A DNA stretch of 61,539 nucleotides, the filler included. It is 6 parts of 6 records of this genome, joined end to end, with 100 filler letters (N's around TTAATTAATTAA, not from the genome) between each part and the next. Parts side by side here need not be neighbours in the genome. Positions count along the whole stretch, not along the records: positions 1 to 25,786 come from DRR723986_20803; 5 more parts are not named here. One strand, 5' to 3'. This document shows, in pieces, positions 1-9,495 of this stretch. Every line of letters starts with the position of its first letter. The first letter of the stretch is position 1. The position numbers and the translations under genes were made by a program. A model generated the notes under the pieces. It did no database searches, was not told the DNA's origin, and saw only the letters and a program-made list of their open reading frames with translations.

Positions 1-30
1 CCAAAAACCAATCACCAACCACCAAAAACC

Positions 31-2130
31 CTAAGATATCCGACTCCAATTCGGCCTTGACTTTAAAATTACACGTAATCTGTCTGCCAGCGCTTGATGT
101 CCTTTTTCTTTCATTTCAGCATCACGTTCCAGTAATTCCTGAGCCTTAGATCTTGCCAGTGATACTAACTGAGCGTCTCGCGCCAAATCGGCCAGTTTCA
201 AATCAAGTATTCCGCTTTGCTGAGTGCCCATAATGTCCCCTGGGCCGCGCAACTTTAAATCTACTTCTGATATTTTAAATCCATCATTGGTATCCACCAT
301 GGTTGCTAATCGTTTTTTTGCATCCTCACTCAGCTTATAGCCTGTCATTAAAATACAATAAGATTGATCGGCGCCTCTTCCTACACGGCCTCTTAATTGA
401 TGCAGTTGTGACAATCCAAATTTTTCTGAACTCTCAATAATCATTACTGAAGCATTAGGTACGTTAACTCCAACTTCAATAACTGTTGTTGCAACCATGA
501 TATGCGTTTTACCTTCAACAAATTGTTGCATTTCATAATCCTTGTCTGCAGGTTTCATTTTTCCATGAACAATGCTCACTTTGTACTGAGGTAAGGGAAA
601 TCTTCTAGAAATAGATTCAAATCCATCCATTAAATTCTGATAATCTAAAGTTTCAGATTCTTGAATTAAAGGATAAACGATATAAATCTGTCTGCCCTTT
701 TTAATCTCATCCTCAACAAATTGAAAAACATTAAGTCTTGCAGACTCTAGCCTATGAGTTGTTTGAACTGATTTTCGTCCAGGAGGTAGTTCATCTATAA
801 CTGAAATATCAAGATCTCCATAAAAAGTTAAGGCCAAAGTTCTAGGTATTGGCGTTGCGGTCATAACTAGGATATGAGGAGGAAGTGTGTTTTTTTTCCA
901 AAGTCGCGATCGTTGTGCTACACCAAATCGGTGCTGTTCATCAATAATCGCAAGTCCTAAATCTTTATATTGAACGATATCCTCCAGCAAGGCATGTGTG
1001 CCGCAAAGGATGTTGATTTCTCCTGATAGTAATTGCTCATGAAGTTCTTTTCTCGCAGCTTTTTTGGTAGACCCAGTTAGCAAAGCCACTTTCAAGTCCA
1101 TTTTTTTTAAAAACTTAGAAATGGTGGTGTAGTGCTGACTGGCTAAAATCTCTGTTGGCGCCATAATACATGCTTGGTATCCATTGTCTATCGCAATTAA
1201 CATACACATTAAAGCGGCTAAGGTTTTACCCGAGCCAACATCTCCTTGCAATAACCTGTTCATGTGAATGCCTGATCCTATATCAGCTCGAACTTCTTTA
1301 ATCACTCTTTTCTGAGCATTGGTCAATTCAAAGGGCAAATGTTCAGAATAAAAGTTGTTGAAATGCTCACCTACCTTGTCCAACTTAATTCCTTTGATTT
1401 TTTTCTTCGTGATTTCTTTTCGAAACAACAGCTCGAGTTGAAGCAAAAAAAGTTCTTCAAATTTGAGTCTTAACTGAGCTTTTTTAGCATGGTCATATGA
1501 TTTTGGATCATGAATTTGAAACATGGCTTCTTCACGACTGATGAGGTTCAATTCTGCAATTAACCAATCGGGAAGAAAATCAGGAATTTGGTTTTTGATT
1601 TGAGGCAATAATTGTTTGATGATGCGCTCAAGTCCTTTTGAACTAAATCCTAACTGAGTGAGCTTTTCACCTGAATGATAGACGGCTTGCATACCAAGCG
1701 AATCTTCGTTTTCGTGTTTTAAAAATTCGATTTCGGGATGTGCGATATTGTATTTAGCACCATATTGTTTAGCCTTACCATAAACTTTAACCCATCCACC
1801 AACTTCTAGCTTTGGGGTAATCCATTTTCCTCCTTTAAACCAAATTAAATCAATGTAGCCCGTTTCATCTTCAAACTTCACTTCTAATCGCTTGCCTTTA
1901 CCAAACTTCACTTCTTTATATCCTCGAATTTGTCCCTTCAACTGCACGGCATTTTCCGAGTGAGGAATGTCTCTTACTTTTTGATAAGCTGATTTATCGA
2001 TATATCTAAAGGGGAAATAATTCAACAAATCACCAAAAGTAAAAATGCCAGCTTCTTTGCGTAATATCTCCCCTCTTTTGGGTCCAACCCCCTTTAGGTA
2101 TTCAATTGGTGTGGATAAGATATTATTCAT
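31..2130 (-). CDS. recG: ATP-dependent DNA helicase RecG
   Basis: 699 aa; N-terminal LKGVGPKR, RLLQGDVGSGKT Walker A, DEQHRFGV, MTATPIPRTL, QLRGRVGRG motifs. Confidence 0.97.
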   Translation of the reverse strand: MNNILSTPIEYLKGVGPKRGEILRKEAGIFTFGDLLNYFPFRYIDKSAYQKVRDIPHSENAVQLKGQIRGYKEVKFGKGKRLEVKFEDETGYIDLIWFKGGKWITPKLEVGGWVKVYGKAKQYGAKYNIAHPEIEFLKHENEDSLGMQAVYHSGEKLTQLGFSSKGLERIIKQLLPQIKNQIPDFLPDWLIAELNLISREEAMFQIHDPKSYDHAKKAQLRLKFEELFLLQLELLFRKEITKKKIKGIKLDKVGEHFNNFYSEHLPFELTNAQKRVIKEVRADIGSGIHMNRLLQGDVGSGKTLAALMCMLIAIDNGYQACIMAPTEILASQHYTTISKFLKKMDLKVALLTGSTKKAARKELHEQLLSGEINILCGTHALLEDIVQYKDLGLAIIDEQHRFGVAQRSRLWKKNTLPPHILVMTATPIPRTLALTFYGDLDISVIDELPPGRKSVQTTHRLESARLNVFQFVEDEIKKGRQIYIVYPLIQESETLDYQNLMDGFESISRRFPLPQYKVSIVHGKMKPADKDYEMQQFVEGKTHIMVATTVIEVGVNVPNASVMIIESSEKFGLSQLHQLRGRVGRGADQSYCILMTGYKLSEDAKKRLATMVDTNDGFKISEVDLKLRGPGDIMGTQQSGILDLKLADLARDAQLVSLARSKAQELLERDAEMKEKGHQALADRLRVILKSRPNWSRIS

Positions 2131-2172
2131 GCAAGCAAAAAAAATTCTATATTTCGGTAATCAAATTTAAGC

Positions 2173-3225
2173 ATGCTAAAGAAATTTTCTCAATTCGTTC
2201 TGTTTTTAATTCTGGTCATTACAGTTGTGAGCTTCAAATGGTCGACAAATGAAGGAGAAACTACGAGTTATTCTGAGTCATCTTGGTGGCAAATTAAAGA
2301 GGTTGAAGATTTCACGGTTTCTGATGTGTTGGATGTCTTACAAGAGCCTCGACCGATCCATTATTTACCATTTGTGCACACGGATTCCGCCAAAATGGGA
2401 GAAGAATTGGTAAAGTTCGGCAAACTGTCTGACGGGTCTAATAGTAGAATTTCTAAATATTTTGTTTGTACTGATTGTCACAATCTACAGTTAGAAACGG
2501 ATGATCCCGCTGACGAATCGCCAGAAAGAGTTTTGAAATTTAGTAAAGAGAATAACATTCCATTTTTACCTGCATCCACTTTCTACGGGATGTTCAATAA
2601 AGAACATTGGTATAATGGTGACTATGCAAAGAAATATGGTGAGTTAGTCGCTCCAACAAGAGATACGTTGTTCAATGCAATTCAACTGTGCGCAACTCAA
2701 TGTTCTCAAGGACGTGAAATGGATGATTGGGAAATTCGTTGTGTCATGCATTATTACAAATCGATTGAACTAAAAGTGAGTGATTTGGTCTTCACAACGG
2801 CTGATTATCAAAAATTCAGATCAGGTGTTATTTCAGGAATGAAAAAACAATCGCTTGATTTATTGAGAAGTAAATACAATCAAATTAATGATGCCCATTT
2901 TGGCACATCAGAAATTCCGAAAATTGATGGCTATGAACCAAGTTTTGAAAATGGCGAGTACATTTATAACGGTGGCTGCATGCATTGTCATGCTGTAGGA
3001 AGAAATATCACCAATTTTGATTTGGATGACAGTCAGTTGACACATAAATTCTTGCTTTCGAAAAAAACAAAGTACAATTCGTATTCCATTTCACACATCA
3101 CCAGATACGGTACTTACGCCATAAGCGGCAGAAAACAATACATGCCTCAATACTCTTTCGAAGATATGAGTGACGAGCAGATGATAGATTTAATGCATTA
3201 TATAGAAACAAGAGCTCATGAATAA
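2173..3225 (+). CDS. Diheme c-type cytochrome, TsdA/SoxA-like architecture
   Basis: N-terminal hydrophobic signal/anchor; CTDCH (aa 99-103) and CMHCH (aa 269-273); TLFNAIQLCATQCSQG segment; C-terminal YMPQY..MSDEQMIDLMHYI class I cytochrome c helix. Confidence 0.8.
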   Translation: MLKKFSQFVLFLILVITVVSFKWSTNEGETTSYSESSWWQIKEVEDFTVSDVLDVLQEPRPIHYLPFVHTDSAKMGEELVKFGKLSDGSNSRISKYFVCTDCHNLQLETDDPADESPERVLKFSKENNIPFLPASTFYGMFNKEHWYNGDYAKKYGELVAPTRDTLFNAIQLCATQCSQGREMDDWEIRCVMHYYKSIELKVSDLVFTTADYQKFRSGVISGMKKQSLDLLRSKYNQINDAHFGTSEIPKIDGYEPSFENGEYIYNGGCMHCHAVGRNITNFDLDDSQLTHKFLLSKKTKYNSYSISHITRYGTYAISGRKQYMPQYSFEDMSDEQMIDLMHYIETRAHE

Positions 3226-4105
3226 GTCATTGCACAAAATTAAAATGCTGGCAAACGTACGTTTATATTGTTTAATTGTCACTTTAGGTTTTTCCCTGGG
3301 TTCATATGAACAAGAAAAAATTTATGAGTCGTTCGCCGGAACCAGAGTAATCAACAATCACTCAAATGAAATGCTTCCTAAGCAATCTTTAGAGTTCATT
3401 GTTGCTCACAAATTTGGTGATATTGCTGGTGCTGCTGGTGGAATCAGTAACTTTTTTGGGTTCGATAATTTGGCAGATGTTCGAATCGCTTTTGAATATG
3501 GTATTCTTGATAAGCTAGATATAGGAATTGGGCGTTCAAAAGGCATTGGTAACCGAACGGCCGTGTTGGATGGTTACGCCAAATATGCCATTTTACAACA
3601 AAAAACTTCAGGTATGCCGATTTCATTGACATATGTGAGTTCATTGGCATTCTCTTATAAAAAAGCAACTACGGATCCATCTTTGGTGACTTCTTATCCA
3701 AAGTTCTTAAATAGAATGATTTTCACCAACCAGCTTTTGGTAACCAAAAAATTTGGAGAACGAATTACATTGCAGGTGAATGGCGGATACAATCATAGGA
3801 ATTTTGTAGAATTCGGAGATGTGAACGGACTGTTTTTTGCAGGCGCATCTGGTCGCGTGAGATTCACAAAAACATTGGGACTCTTGGTTGAATATAATCA
3901 TGTTTTTGGAAGACCAAATGGTAGTTCTGGAATGGATCCGTTAAGTTTTGGATTTGAAATTTTAACCGGTGGACACACTTTTGCGTTACACTATTCGAAC
4001 GGTAGAGGTTTAAATGAAAACTTATTCATTCCTGGCACAACTTCAAATTGGTTGGATGGTCAATTTAGATTTGGATTCTCAATTAATCGAAGATTCAAAC
4101 TGTAA
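3218..4105 (+). CDS. DUF5777 family outer-membrane beta-barrel protein
   Basis: FAGTRVINNHS..LEFIVAHKFG and TGGHTFALHYSN..FRFGFSINRRF signatures; amphipathic strands; overlaps upstream cytochrome gene by 8 nt. Confidence 0.85.
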   Translation: MNKSLHKIKMLANVRLYCLIVTLGFSLGSYEQEKIYESFAGTRVINNHSNEMLPKQSLEFIVAHKFGDIAGAAGGISNFFGFDNLADVRIAFEYGILDKLDIGIGRSKGIGNRTAVLDGYAKYAILQQKTSGMPISLTYVSSLAFSYKKATTDPSLVTSYPKFLNRMIFTNQLLVTKKFGERITLQVNGGYNHRNFVEFGDVNGLFFAGASGRVRFTKTLGLLVEYNHVFGRPNGSSGMDPLSFGFEILTGGHTFALHYSNGRGLNENLFIPGTTSNWLDGQFRFGFSINRRFKL

Positions 4106-4228
4106 TTTTCTCTATTGTACATGTATTTCTGAGAATTACACATTTTAAAAGCCTTTTGACTCTCATAACTTTGTTTTAATAATTCGATAGCTGTAAGGTT
4201 AGATACGGTCATCCAACTAAAAAAACAC

Positions 4229-5101
4229 ATGAAAAATCTTCATACTGCTCTACTAGTTTTAATATCCTCGGTCATTGTTTTGGGCTGCCTTTCATTTTTT
4301 AATGCTACTGGTACAATATCCACTTATCATGAGGTAGATGATGTTGACCAATTGCTATTTTCAGCAAACCCTCCTGTTGCAAGAACTGGAGCGCCGGGCG
4401 AAGGGAATTGTACAGCATGTCATGCAGGCTCAACGCAATCAGCTGTTGGGGTAGTTGATTATACGTTTTCAGAGCCATCCAATATTTATTATCCAGACTC
4501 TACTTACAGTATAACCCTTTCAGTGCCATCTGGAGTGAAAAATGGTTTTGAAATGACGATTTTGGATGGTTCAGATAATGCAGCCGGAACGTTTACGGCA
4601 GGTACCGGCTCCTCTACAGCTTCATCTGGAGGGAGAAATTACATCAGACATTCCGTTTCTACCGGTATCACTTCTTGGAGCTTTGATTGGACAGCTCCAG
4701 ATTCTGATTTAGGAAACCTGACGGTTTATTACTCATTTATTAAAGCAAATAATAATGGTCAAAATTCAGGAGATGAAATTTATCTCGGACAAGAGTCAAT
4801 TTTTGTTGCAGGTGATGCAGGGTTTACAGAACATCAACAATTGCAAGAGGCCTATCAAGTTTATGCTGATGCGAATTTAAAATTGATCAATATCAACTAT
4901 CAAACAATTCAAAGCTCAAGAGTACAGCTGAATTTAATTGACATATCTGGTAAATTGATTTATCGTGAAGATTTTGGACAAAAAGGCCCGGGCGAATATT
5001 CTGAGAAGTTTGATTATGGCTCAATTCCAAAAACTGGAGTTTACTTTGTGTCTTTGCTAATTAATAATTATGCTGTTAATCAAAAGATATTCTTGAATTA
5101 A
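4229..5101 (+). CDS. Choice-of-anchor V / Reeler-like protein with CxxCH motif and T9SS type A C-terminal domain
   Basis: RTGAPGEGNCTACH, WSFDWTAP, ANNNGQNSGD Reeler-like motifs; C-terminal IDISGKLI..GVYFVSL..QKIFLN sorting domain. Confidence 0.8.
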   Translation: MKNLHTALLVLISSVIVLGCLSFFNATGTISTYHEVDDVDQLLFSANPPVARTGAPGEGNCTACHAGSTQSAVGVVDYTFSEPSNIYYPDSTYSITLSVPSGVKNGFEMTILDGSDNAAGTFTAGTGSSTASSGGRNYIRHSVSTGITSWSFDWTAPDSDLGNLTVYYSFIKANNNGQNSGDEIYLGQESIFVAGDAGFTEHQQLQEAYQVYADANLKLININYQTIQSSRVQLNLIDISGKLIYREDFGQKGPGEYSEKFDYGSIPKTGVYFVSLLINNYAVNQKIFLN

Positions 5102-5123
5102 CAGCTGTTGATAAAAAATGAAT

Positions 5124-5157
5124 AAAGAGGTCGATATATCAGAGGCCTCTTTTTTTT
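5124..5157 (+). terminator. Intrinsic terminator
   Basis: AAAGAGGTC...GGCCTCTTT stem followed by T-run. Confidence 0.65.
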
Positions 5158-5163
5158 GTGCAG

Positions 5164-5171
5164 TATATTTG
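5164..5171 (+). promoter_or_regulatory. Bacteroidota -7 promoter element (TAnnTTTG) for pgk-murF
   Basis: TATATTTG ending 24 nt before the pgk ATG. Confidence 0.65.
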
Positions 5172-5195
5172 CGCTATCAAAATTGATAGATTCAA

Positions 5196-6389
5196 ATGAA
5201 GAATATTGCCACTTACGATTTCACTAATAAACGAGCTTTAATCCGAGTTGATTTTAATGTTCCTTTAGATAAAGAAAGTCTTGTTGTAACAGATGACACA
5301 AGAATTAAAGCCGCGGTTCCTACAATTAAAAAAGTACTGGCTGGCGGAGGGTCAGTGGTCTTAATGTCTCATTTGGGGCGTCCAAAAAACATACCTGAGA
5401 ATAAGTTTTCATTGAAAAACATCTTAGATAAAGTTGCAGAGAATTTAGGATGTGAAGTTCAATTTGCAAGTGATTGCCTAGGGCCTGCTGCATTTGAAAA
5501 ATCTTCACAATTAAAAGCAGGAGAAGTCTTGCTGCTAGAGAATCTTAGATTCCACGAAGGAGAGAAAAAAGGGAAAGTAGAAATGGCTGAGAAATTGGCC
5601 AATCATGGTGATGTTTATATCAATGATGCTTTTGGAACTGCCCATAGAGCGCATGCATCAACTGCGGTAATTGCTGATTTTTTTCCCGAAGATAAAATGT
5701 TTGGTTATCTGATTGAAAAGGAAATTAAAAGTGTGGATCAAGTGTTGAATTCAACAGAAAAACCCTTAACTGCCATTGTTGGTGGGGCAAAGGTATCTTC
5801 TAAAATAACCATCATAACGAAGTTGTTAGATAAGGTGGATAACCTCATTATCGGAGGTGGAATGGCTTATACTTTCGTGAAAGCACAAGGTGGGAAAATT
5901 GGGAATTCATTAGTAGAGGATGATTTTATAGACACTGCAAAGTCGATTATTAAAGAAGCTGAAGAAAAAGGTGTGAAATTGTTAATTCCAACGGATACAA
6001 TCGTTGCAGATGAGTTTTCAAATGAAGCACAAACCAAAAATGTGGCAATTGATCAGATAGAAGAGGGTTGGATGGGCTTAGATATCGCTAAAGATTCTGA
6101 ATCTACTTTCAAAGAAGCTATTCTAAACTCCAAATTAATATTGTGGAACGGCCCAATGGGTGTGTTTGAATTAGAGAAATTTCAAAACGGCACAAAAGAA
6201 ATTGCGCTAGCTGTTGCAGAAGCAACACAAAAGGGTGCTTTCTCTTTAGTTGGGGGAGGAGACAGCGTTGCAGCTGTGAATAAATTTAATTTAGCAGATA
6301 AAGTCAGTCATGTTTCAACTGGTGGTGGAGCTATGCTTGAGTATTTAGAAGGTAAAACATTACCAGGAATCGCTGCAATTTTAAGCTGA
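5196..6389 (+). CDS. pgk: Phosphoglycerate kinase
   Basis: [39 protein letters not shown] motifs. Confidence 0.98.
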   Translation: MKNIATYDFTNKRALIRVDFNVPLDKESLVVTDDTRIKAAVPTIKKVLAGGGSVVLMSHLGRPKNIPENKFSLKNILDKVAENLGCEVQFASDCLGPAAFEKSSQLKAGEVLLLENLRFHEGEKKGKVEMAEKLANHGDVYINDAFGTAHRAHASTAVIADFFPEDKMFGYLIEKEIKSVDQVLNSTEKPLTAIVGGAKVSSKITIITKLLDKVDNLIIGGGMAYTFVKAQGGKIGNSLVEDDFIDTAKSIIKEAEEKGVKLLIPTDTIVADEFSNEAQTKNVAIDQIEEGWMGLDIAKDSESTFKEAILNSKLILWNGPMGVFELEKFQNGTKEIALAVAEATQKGAFSLVGGGDSVAAVNKFNLADKVSHVSTGGGAMLEYLEGKTLPGIAAILS

Positions 6390-7672
6390 TGACAATTGCT
6401 GAAATCCATAAAATATTTTTAGAGTCGGATGGAATTTCCACTGATACTAGAAATTTAATACCTAACACCATCTTTTTTGCATTAAAAGGAGATAATTTCA
6501 ATGGGAATGAATTTGCGGTCAAAGCAATTGAAGGAGGCTGCACTTATTCGATTATTGACGAGGTAGCATACAATACACATCCGCAAACAATATTAGTAGA
6601 TTCTGTTTTGCAAACATTGCAGGACTTAGCCAATTATCACAGAAAACAATTCGATATTCCGGTATTAGGTATCACTGGCAGTAACGGGAAAACAACAACT
6701 AAAGAGTTGATTGGTGGTGTTTTGAGTAAAAAGTTCAATCTGCTAATTACAGAAGGGAATTTGAATAATCATTTGGGCGTCCCGTTCACCTTATTGCGAA
6801 TGAACAATCAACATGAGTTTGCTGTAATAGAAATGGGTGCAAATAAGCCCGGTGACATTAAAGAATTGGTAGAAATCGCCGAGCCCACACATGGCTTAAT
6901 TACCAATATTGGTGCGGCACATATTGAAGGTTTTGGCTCTTTAGATGGAGTTATCAAAACTAAAACCGAGATGTACGATTTTATTGATCGAAATGGAGGC
7001 GTGGTTTTTTATAATGCTGAAGACGAAATTCTTGCCCAGCATTTGCCAGATGTCAATGAAATTGTTTCTTACGGCGAGCGAGCTGGTTCAATTCAAGGTG
7101 AACTCTTGAAGCTTGACCCTTTTGTGAATTTCAAATGGAAATCAGCAGCGACTGAATCTCCAGCCATAACTACCAATTTAGTGGGTAAATACAATTTCAT
7201 TAATTTTTTATGCGCGGTGTGTATTGGAAATTATTTTGAAGTTCCAGCTACTGATATCAGTGCAGCTATTGCTGAATATGTGCCTTCTAATAATCGCTCT
7301 CAAGTTCAAAAAACAGAACGCAACACGCTTGTAGTAGATTGTTACAATGCTAATCCGACCTCAATGATGGCAGCTCTGAAGAGCTTTGTACAAATGGAGG
7401 CAGATTCGAAAGTGGCTATTTTGGGTGATATGCTTGAATTGGGTCAGATTTCGGATGAGGAGCATCAAAAAATTGCAAACTTCCTGCATGCGAATGAGAT
7501 TAAGGCTTTTCTGGTAGGAGCTGAAATGAGTAAGGTGAATTCTAGCTTACAAAAGTTTGAAAATGCTCAGAGTTTAATTGATCAATCTGTTCTACGAGAT
7601 GTAACGAACGCAGTTGTTTTACTGAAGGGTTCACGAGGGATAAAGCTGGAAACTTTGATTGCTCACCTTTAA
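6389..7672 (+). CDS. murF: UDP-N-acetylmuramoyl-tripeptide--D-Ala-D-Ala ligase
   Basis: ITGSNGKTTTKE, GNLNNHLGVP, EMGAN, DCYNANPTSM, LGDMLELG, LKGSRG; TGATG overlap with pgk. Confidence 0.96.
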   Translation: MTIAEIHKIFLESDGISTDTRNLIPNTIFFALKGDNFNGNEFAVKAIEGGCTYSIIDEVAYNTHPQTILVDSVLQTLQDLANYHRKQFDIPVLGITGSNGKTTTKELIGGVLSKKFNLLITEGNLNNHLGVPFTLLRMNNQHEFAVIEMGANKPGDIKELVEIAEPTHGLITNIGAAHIEGFGSLDGVIKTKTEMYDFIDRNGGVVFYNAEDEILAQHLPDVNEIVSYGERAGSIQGELLKLDPFVNFKWKSAATESPAITTNLVGKYNFINFLCAVCIGNYFEVPATDISAAIAEYVPSNNRSQVQKTERNTLVVDCYNANPTSMMAALKSFVQMEADSKVAILGDMLELGQISDEEHQKIANFLHANEIKAFLVGAEMSKVNSSLQKFENAQSLIDQSVLRDVTNAVVLLKGSRGIKLETLIAHL

Positions 7673-7781
7673 AAAGGGTCAGTTCACAATTATTTAATGT
7701 CCTTTTACAAATTTCTTGAATTTCAAATTCAAAATCTTTGCTATTTTAGTTCTACTAAATTGTTAACCAAATATTTATAAA

Positions 7782-8711
7782 ATGAAAAAGAAATTAATGA
7801 TTGTCGGGATGGCTGCGGTTGTTTTGACATCTTGTGGAGGAGCAGAAGAATCAACTGAAACAACTGACGCGCCAGACACAAATGAATCTGTAGACACAGC
7901 AACCACGGAAGATATAGGTGAAATAGGAGCAATTGATCCATTTCCAGATTTTCCTAAAGGAAATCTTGCATCTGCCGAGGGAGATTATGTATTAACACCT
8001 TCTGTTGGATGGCAAGAAGATGCTACAAGAGATGGAGCAGAAGATCAAACGTTTATTTTCTATAATGCTAAAATGAGTAAAGCTGGTGCTGAATACAGTA
8101 CAGTAGATTTTACTTTTGATGGTGAAAAAGAGATTCCAAATTACATGATAGTGCCTATTAAGTCTGGTCAAACTGCTAAAAAAGGTGATATCGTTTTGAC
8201 CTGGTGGCAATCAGGATCTGGGATGCAAAGAGCAATTGTAACGGACGACTCAAATCCAGCAGAACCTGAAGTGAATTATATCGATATTGATTGGGATAAT
8301 CCAGCAAAAACTGATGAAGGTGTTGGATTTGGACAAAGAAAAGAAGTAATTAAGCCAAATTCTTTCCAAGTGTTAACTTCTGAATGGGCTCCTGGAACAA
8401 CAGTAGCTGTTAAAAACGGAGCAGATTATAAAGCTGCAACGGTGATTTCTGTGAATGGTAGCGAAGTATTGACCTTAGGATTTGCAGGAAAAATGGCTTC
8501 ATATCCGAAAGCAGATTGTATCGCTTTACCAGTAGTGCCAAATGTAAAAGTTGGAGATATGGTTCAAGCACCGTGGGTTGGAACATTTAAAAATGTAAAA
8601 GTTCAAAAGGTAGACAAGATGATGGGAAGAGTTTGGACAGACGATCCGTTCTCTGATGATCCAATGGTAATTCCATTTGGTGATATCGCAACGAACTTAC
8701 CGATTAAATAA
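7782..8711 (+). CDS. Lipoprotein of unknown function with repeated SH3/Tudor-like modules
   Basis: Lipobox LTSC, acidic Thr-rich linker, four G(D/T)xVxxxW-like beta modules. Confidence 0.6.
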   Translation: MKKKLMIVGMAAVVLTSCGGAEESTETTDAPDTNESVDTATTEDIGEIGAIDPFPDFPKGNLASAEGDYVLTPSVGWQEDATRDGAEDQTFIFYNAKMSKAGAEYSTVDFTFDGEKEIPNYMIVPIKSGQTAKKGDIVLTWWQSGSGMQRAIVTDDSNPAEPEVNYIDIDWDNPAKTDEGVGFGQRKEVIKPNSFQVLTSEWAPGTTVAVKNGADYKAATVISVNGSEVLTLGFAGKMASYPKADCIALPVVPNVKVGDMVQAPWVGTFKNVKVQKVDKMMGRVWTDDPFSDDPMVIPFGDIATNLPIK

Positions 8712-8745
8712 TTTAATTCCGTTGCAAGCGGGATGATTTAACGTT

Positions 8746-8777
8746 AACCGCCTCGGCTAAGCTGAGGCGGTTTTTTT
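8746..8777 (+). terminator. Intrinsic terminator
   Basis: AACCGCCTCGGC-TAA-GCTGAGGCGGTT stem plus T-run. Confidence 0.85.
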
Positions 8778-8788
8778 ATATTTGAACT

Positions 8789-9187
8789 ATGAGATTTGGA
8801 TACACTATTATTTACGTGCAAGACGTAAGAAAAACAATCGACTTTTATGTTAATGCTTTTGGGATGTCTGAGAAATTTGTAACACCCGAAGGTGATTATG
8901 GTGAGTTGGTCACTGGTGAAACAACGCTGGCCTTTGCTTCATTCGATTTGGCAGAATCAAATTTTTCAAGCGGATTTGTTCCAGTTTCCAAAGTTGAAGG
9001 AAATCTTGGTGTTGAAATTGTCTTAGTGTCTGAAAATATTGAAACTGATTTTATAACGGCACTTAATAATGATGCAGAATTATTGGAGCCAATCAAGCAA
9101 AAACCCTGGGGTCAAAAAGTTGGCTATCTGAAAGATGTCAATGGATTATTGATTGAGGTGTGTACGCCGGTAGAAACCACAAACTAA
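8789..9187 (+). CDS. VOC/glyoxalase family protein
   Basis: YTIIYVQDV..FYVNAFG, YGELVTG, KPWGQKVGYLKDVNGLLIE. Confidence 0.9.
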   Translation: MRFGYTIIYVQDVRKTIDFYVNAFGMSEKFVTPEGDYGELVTGETTLAFASFDLAESNFSSGFVPVSKVEGNLGVEIVLVSENIETDFITALNNDAELLEPIKQKPWGQKVGYLKDVNGLLIEVCTPVETTN

Positions 9188-9190
9188 GAC

Positions 9191-9415
9191 ATGGGTTTTA
9201 TTGATAAAGGATGGAAACGGGTATTAGTGTCATTAGCTCTTGGAGGCGTTGCTGCTGAGATTGTTAATGTATTGACTGGTGATGATAGCAATTCTAATTT
9301 CATTGCAGGTTGTGTTTTTGTTATAGTTTTCATTTTAACAACAGTGATAGAAAGCATTTACACCGAAAAAAAGAACAGGATTAATTCAGAGGATGAGGAA
9401 TTAATTGATCGATAA
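9191..9415 (+). CDS. Small hypothetical membrane protein (2 TM)
   Basis: 74 aa, two hydrophobic segments, starts 3 nt after the VOC stop. Confidence 0.6.
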   Translation: MGFIDKGWKRVLVSLALGGVAAEIVNVLTGDDSNSNFIAGCVFVIVFILTTVIESIYTEKKNRINSEDEELIDR

Positions 9416-9441
9416 CACCTAAAGCTACGGCGGCAACAAAC

Positions 9442-9473
9442 AAAAAAAACCGCCTCAGCTATGCCAAGACGGT
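9442..9473 (-). terminator. Intrinsic terminator of acyl-CoA dehydrogenase gene
   Basis: Minus strand ACCGTCTTGGC-ATA-GCTGAGGCGGT plus T-run. Confidence 0.8.
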
Positions 9474-9495
9474 CTCAATATCAATTATCTAGATT

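Noticed and set aside
1-31. CCAAAAACC-type low-complexity repeat at the window start
   Set aside because: Too short and cut by the window edge; no array structure
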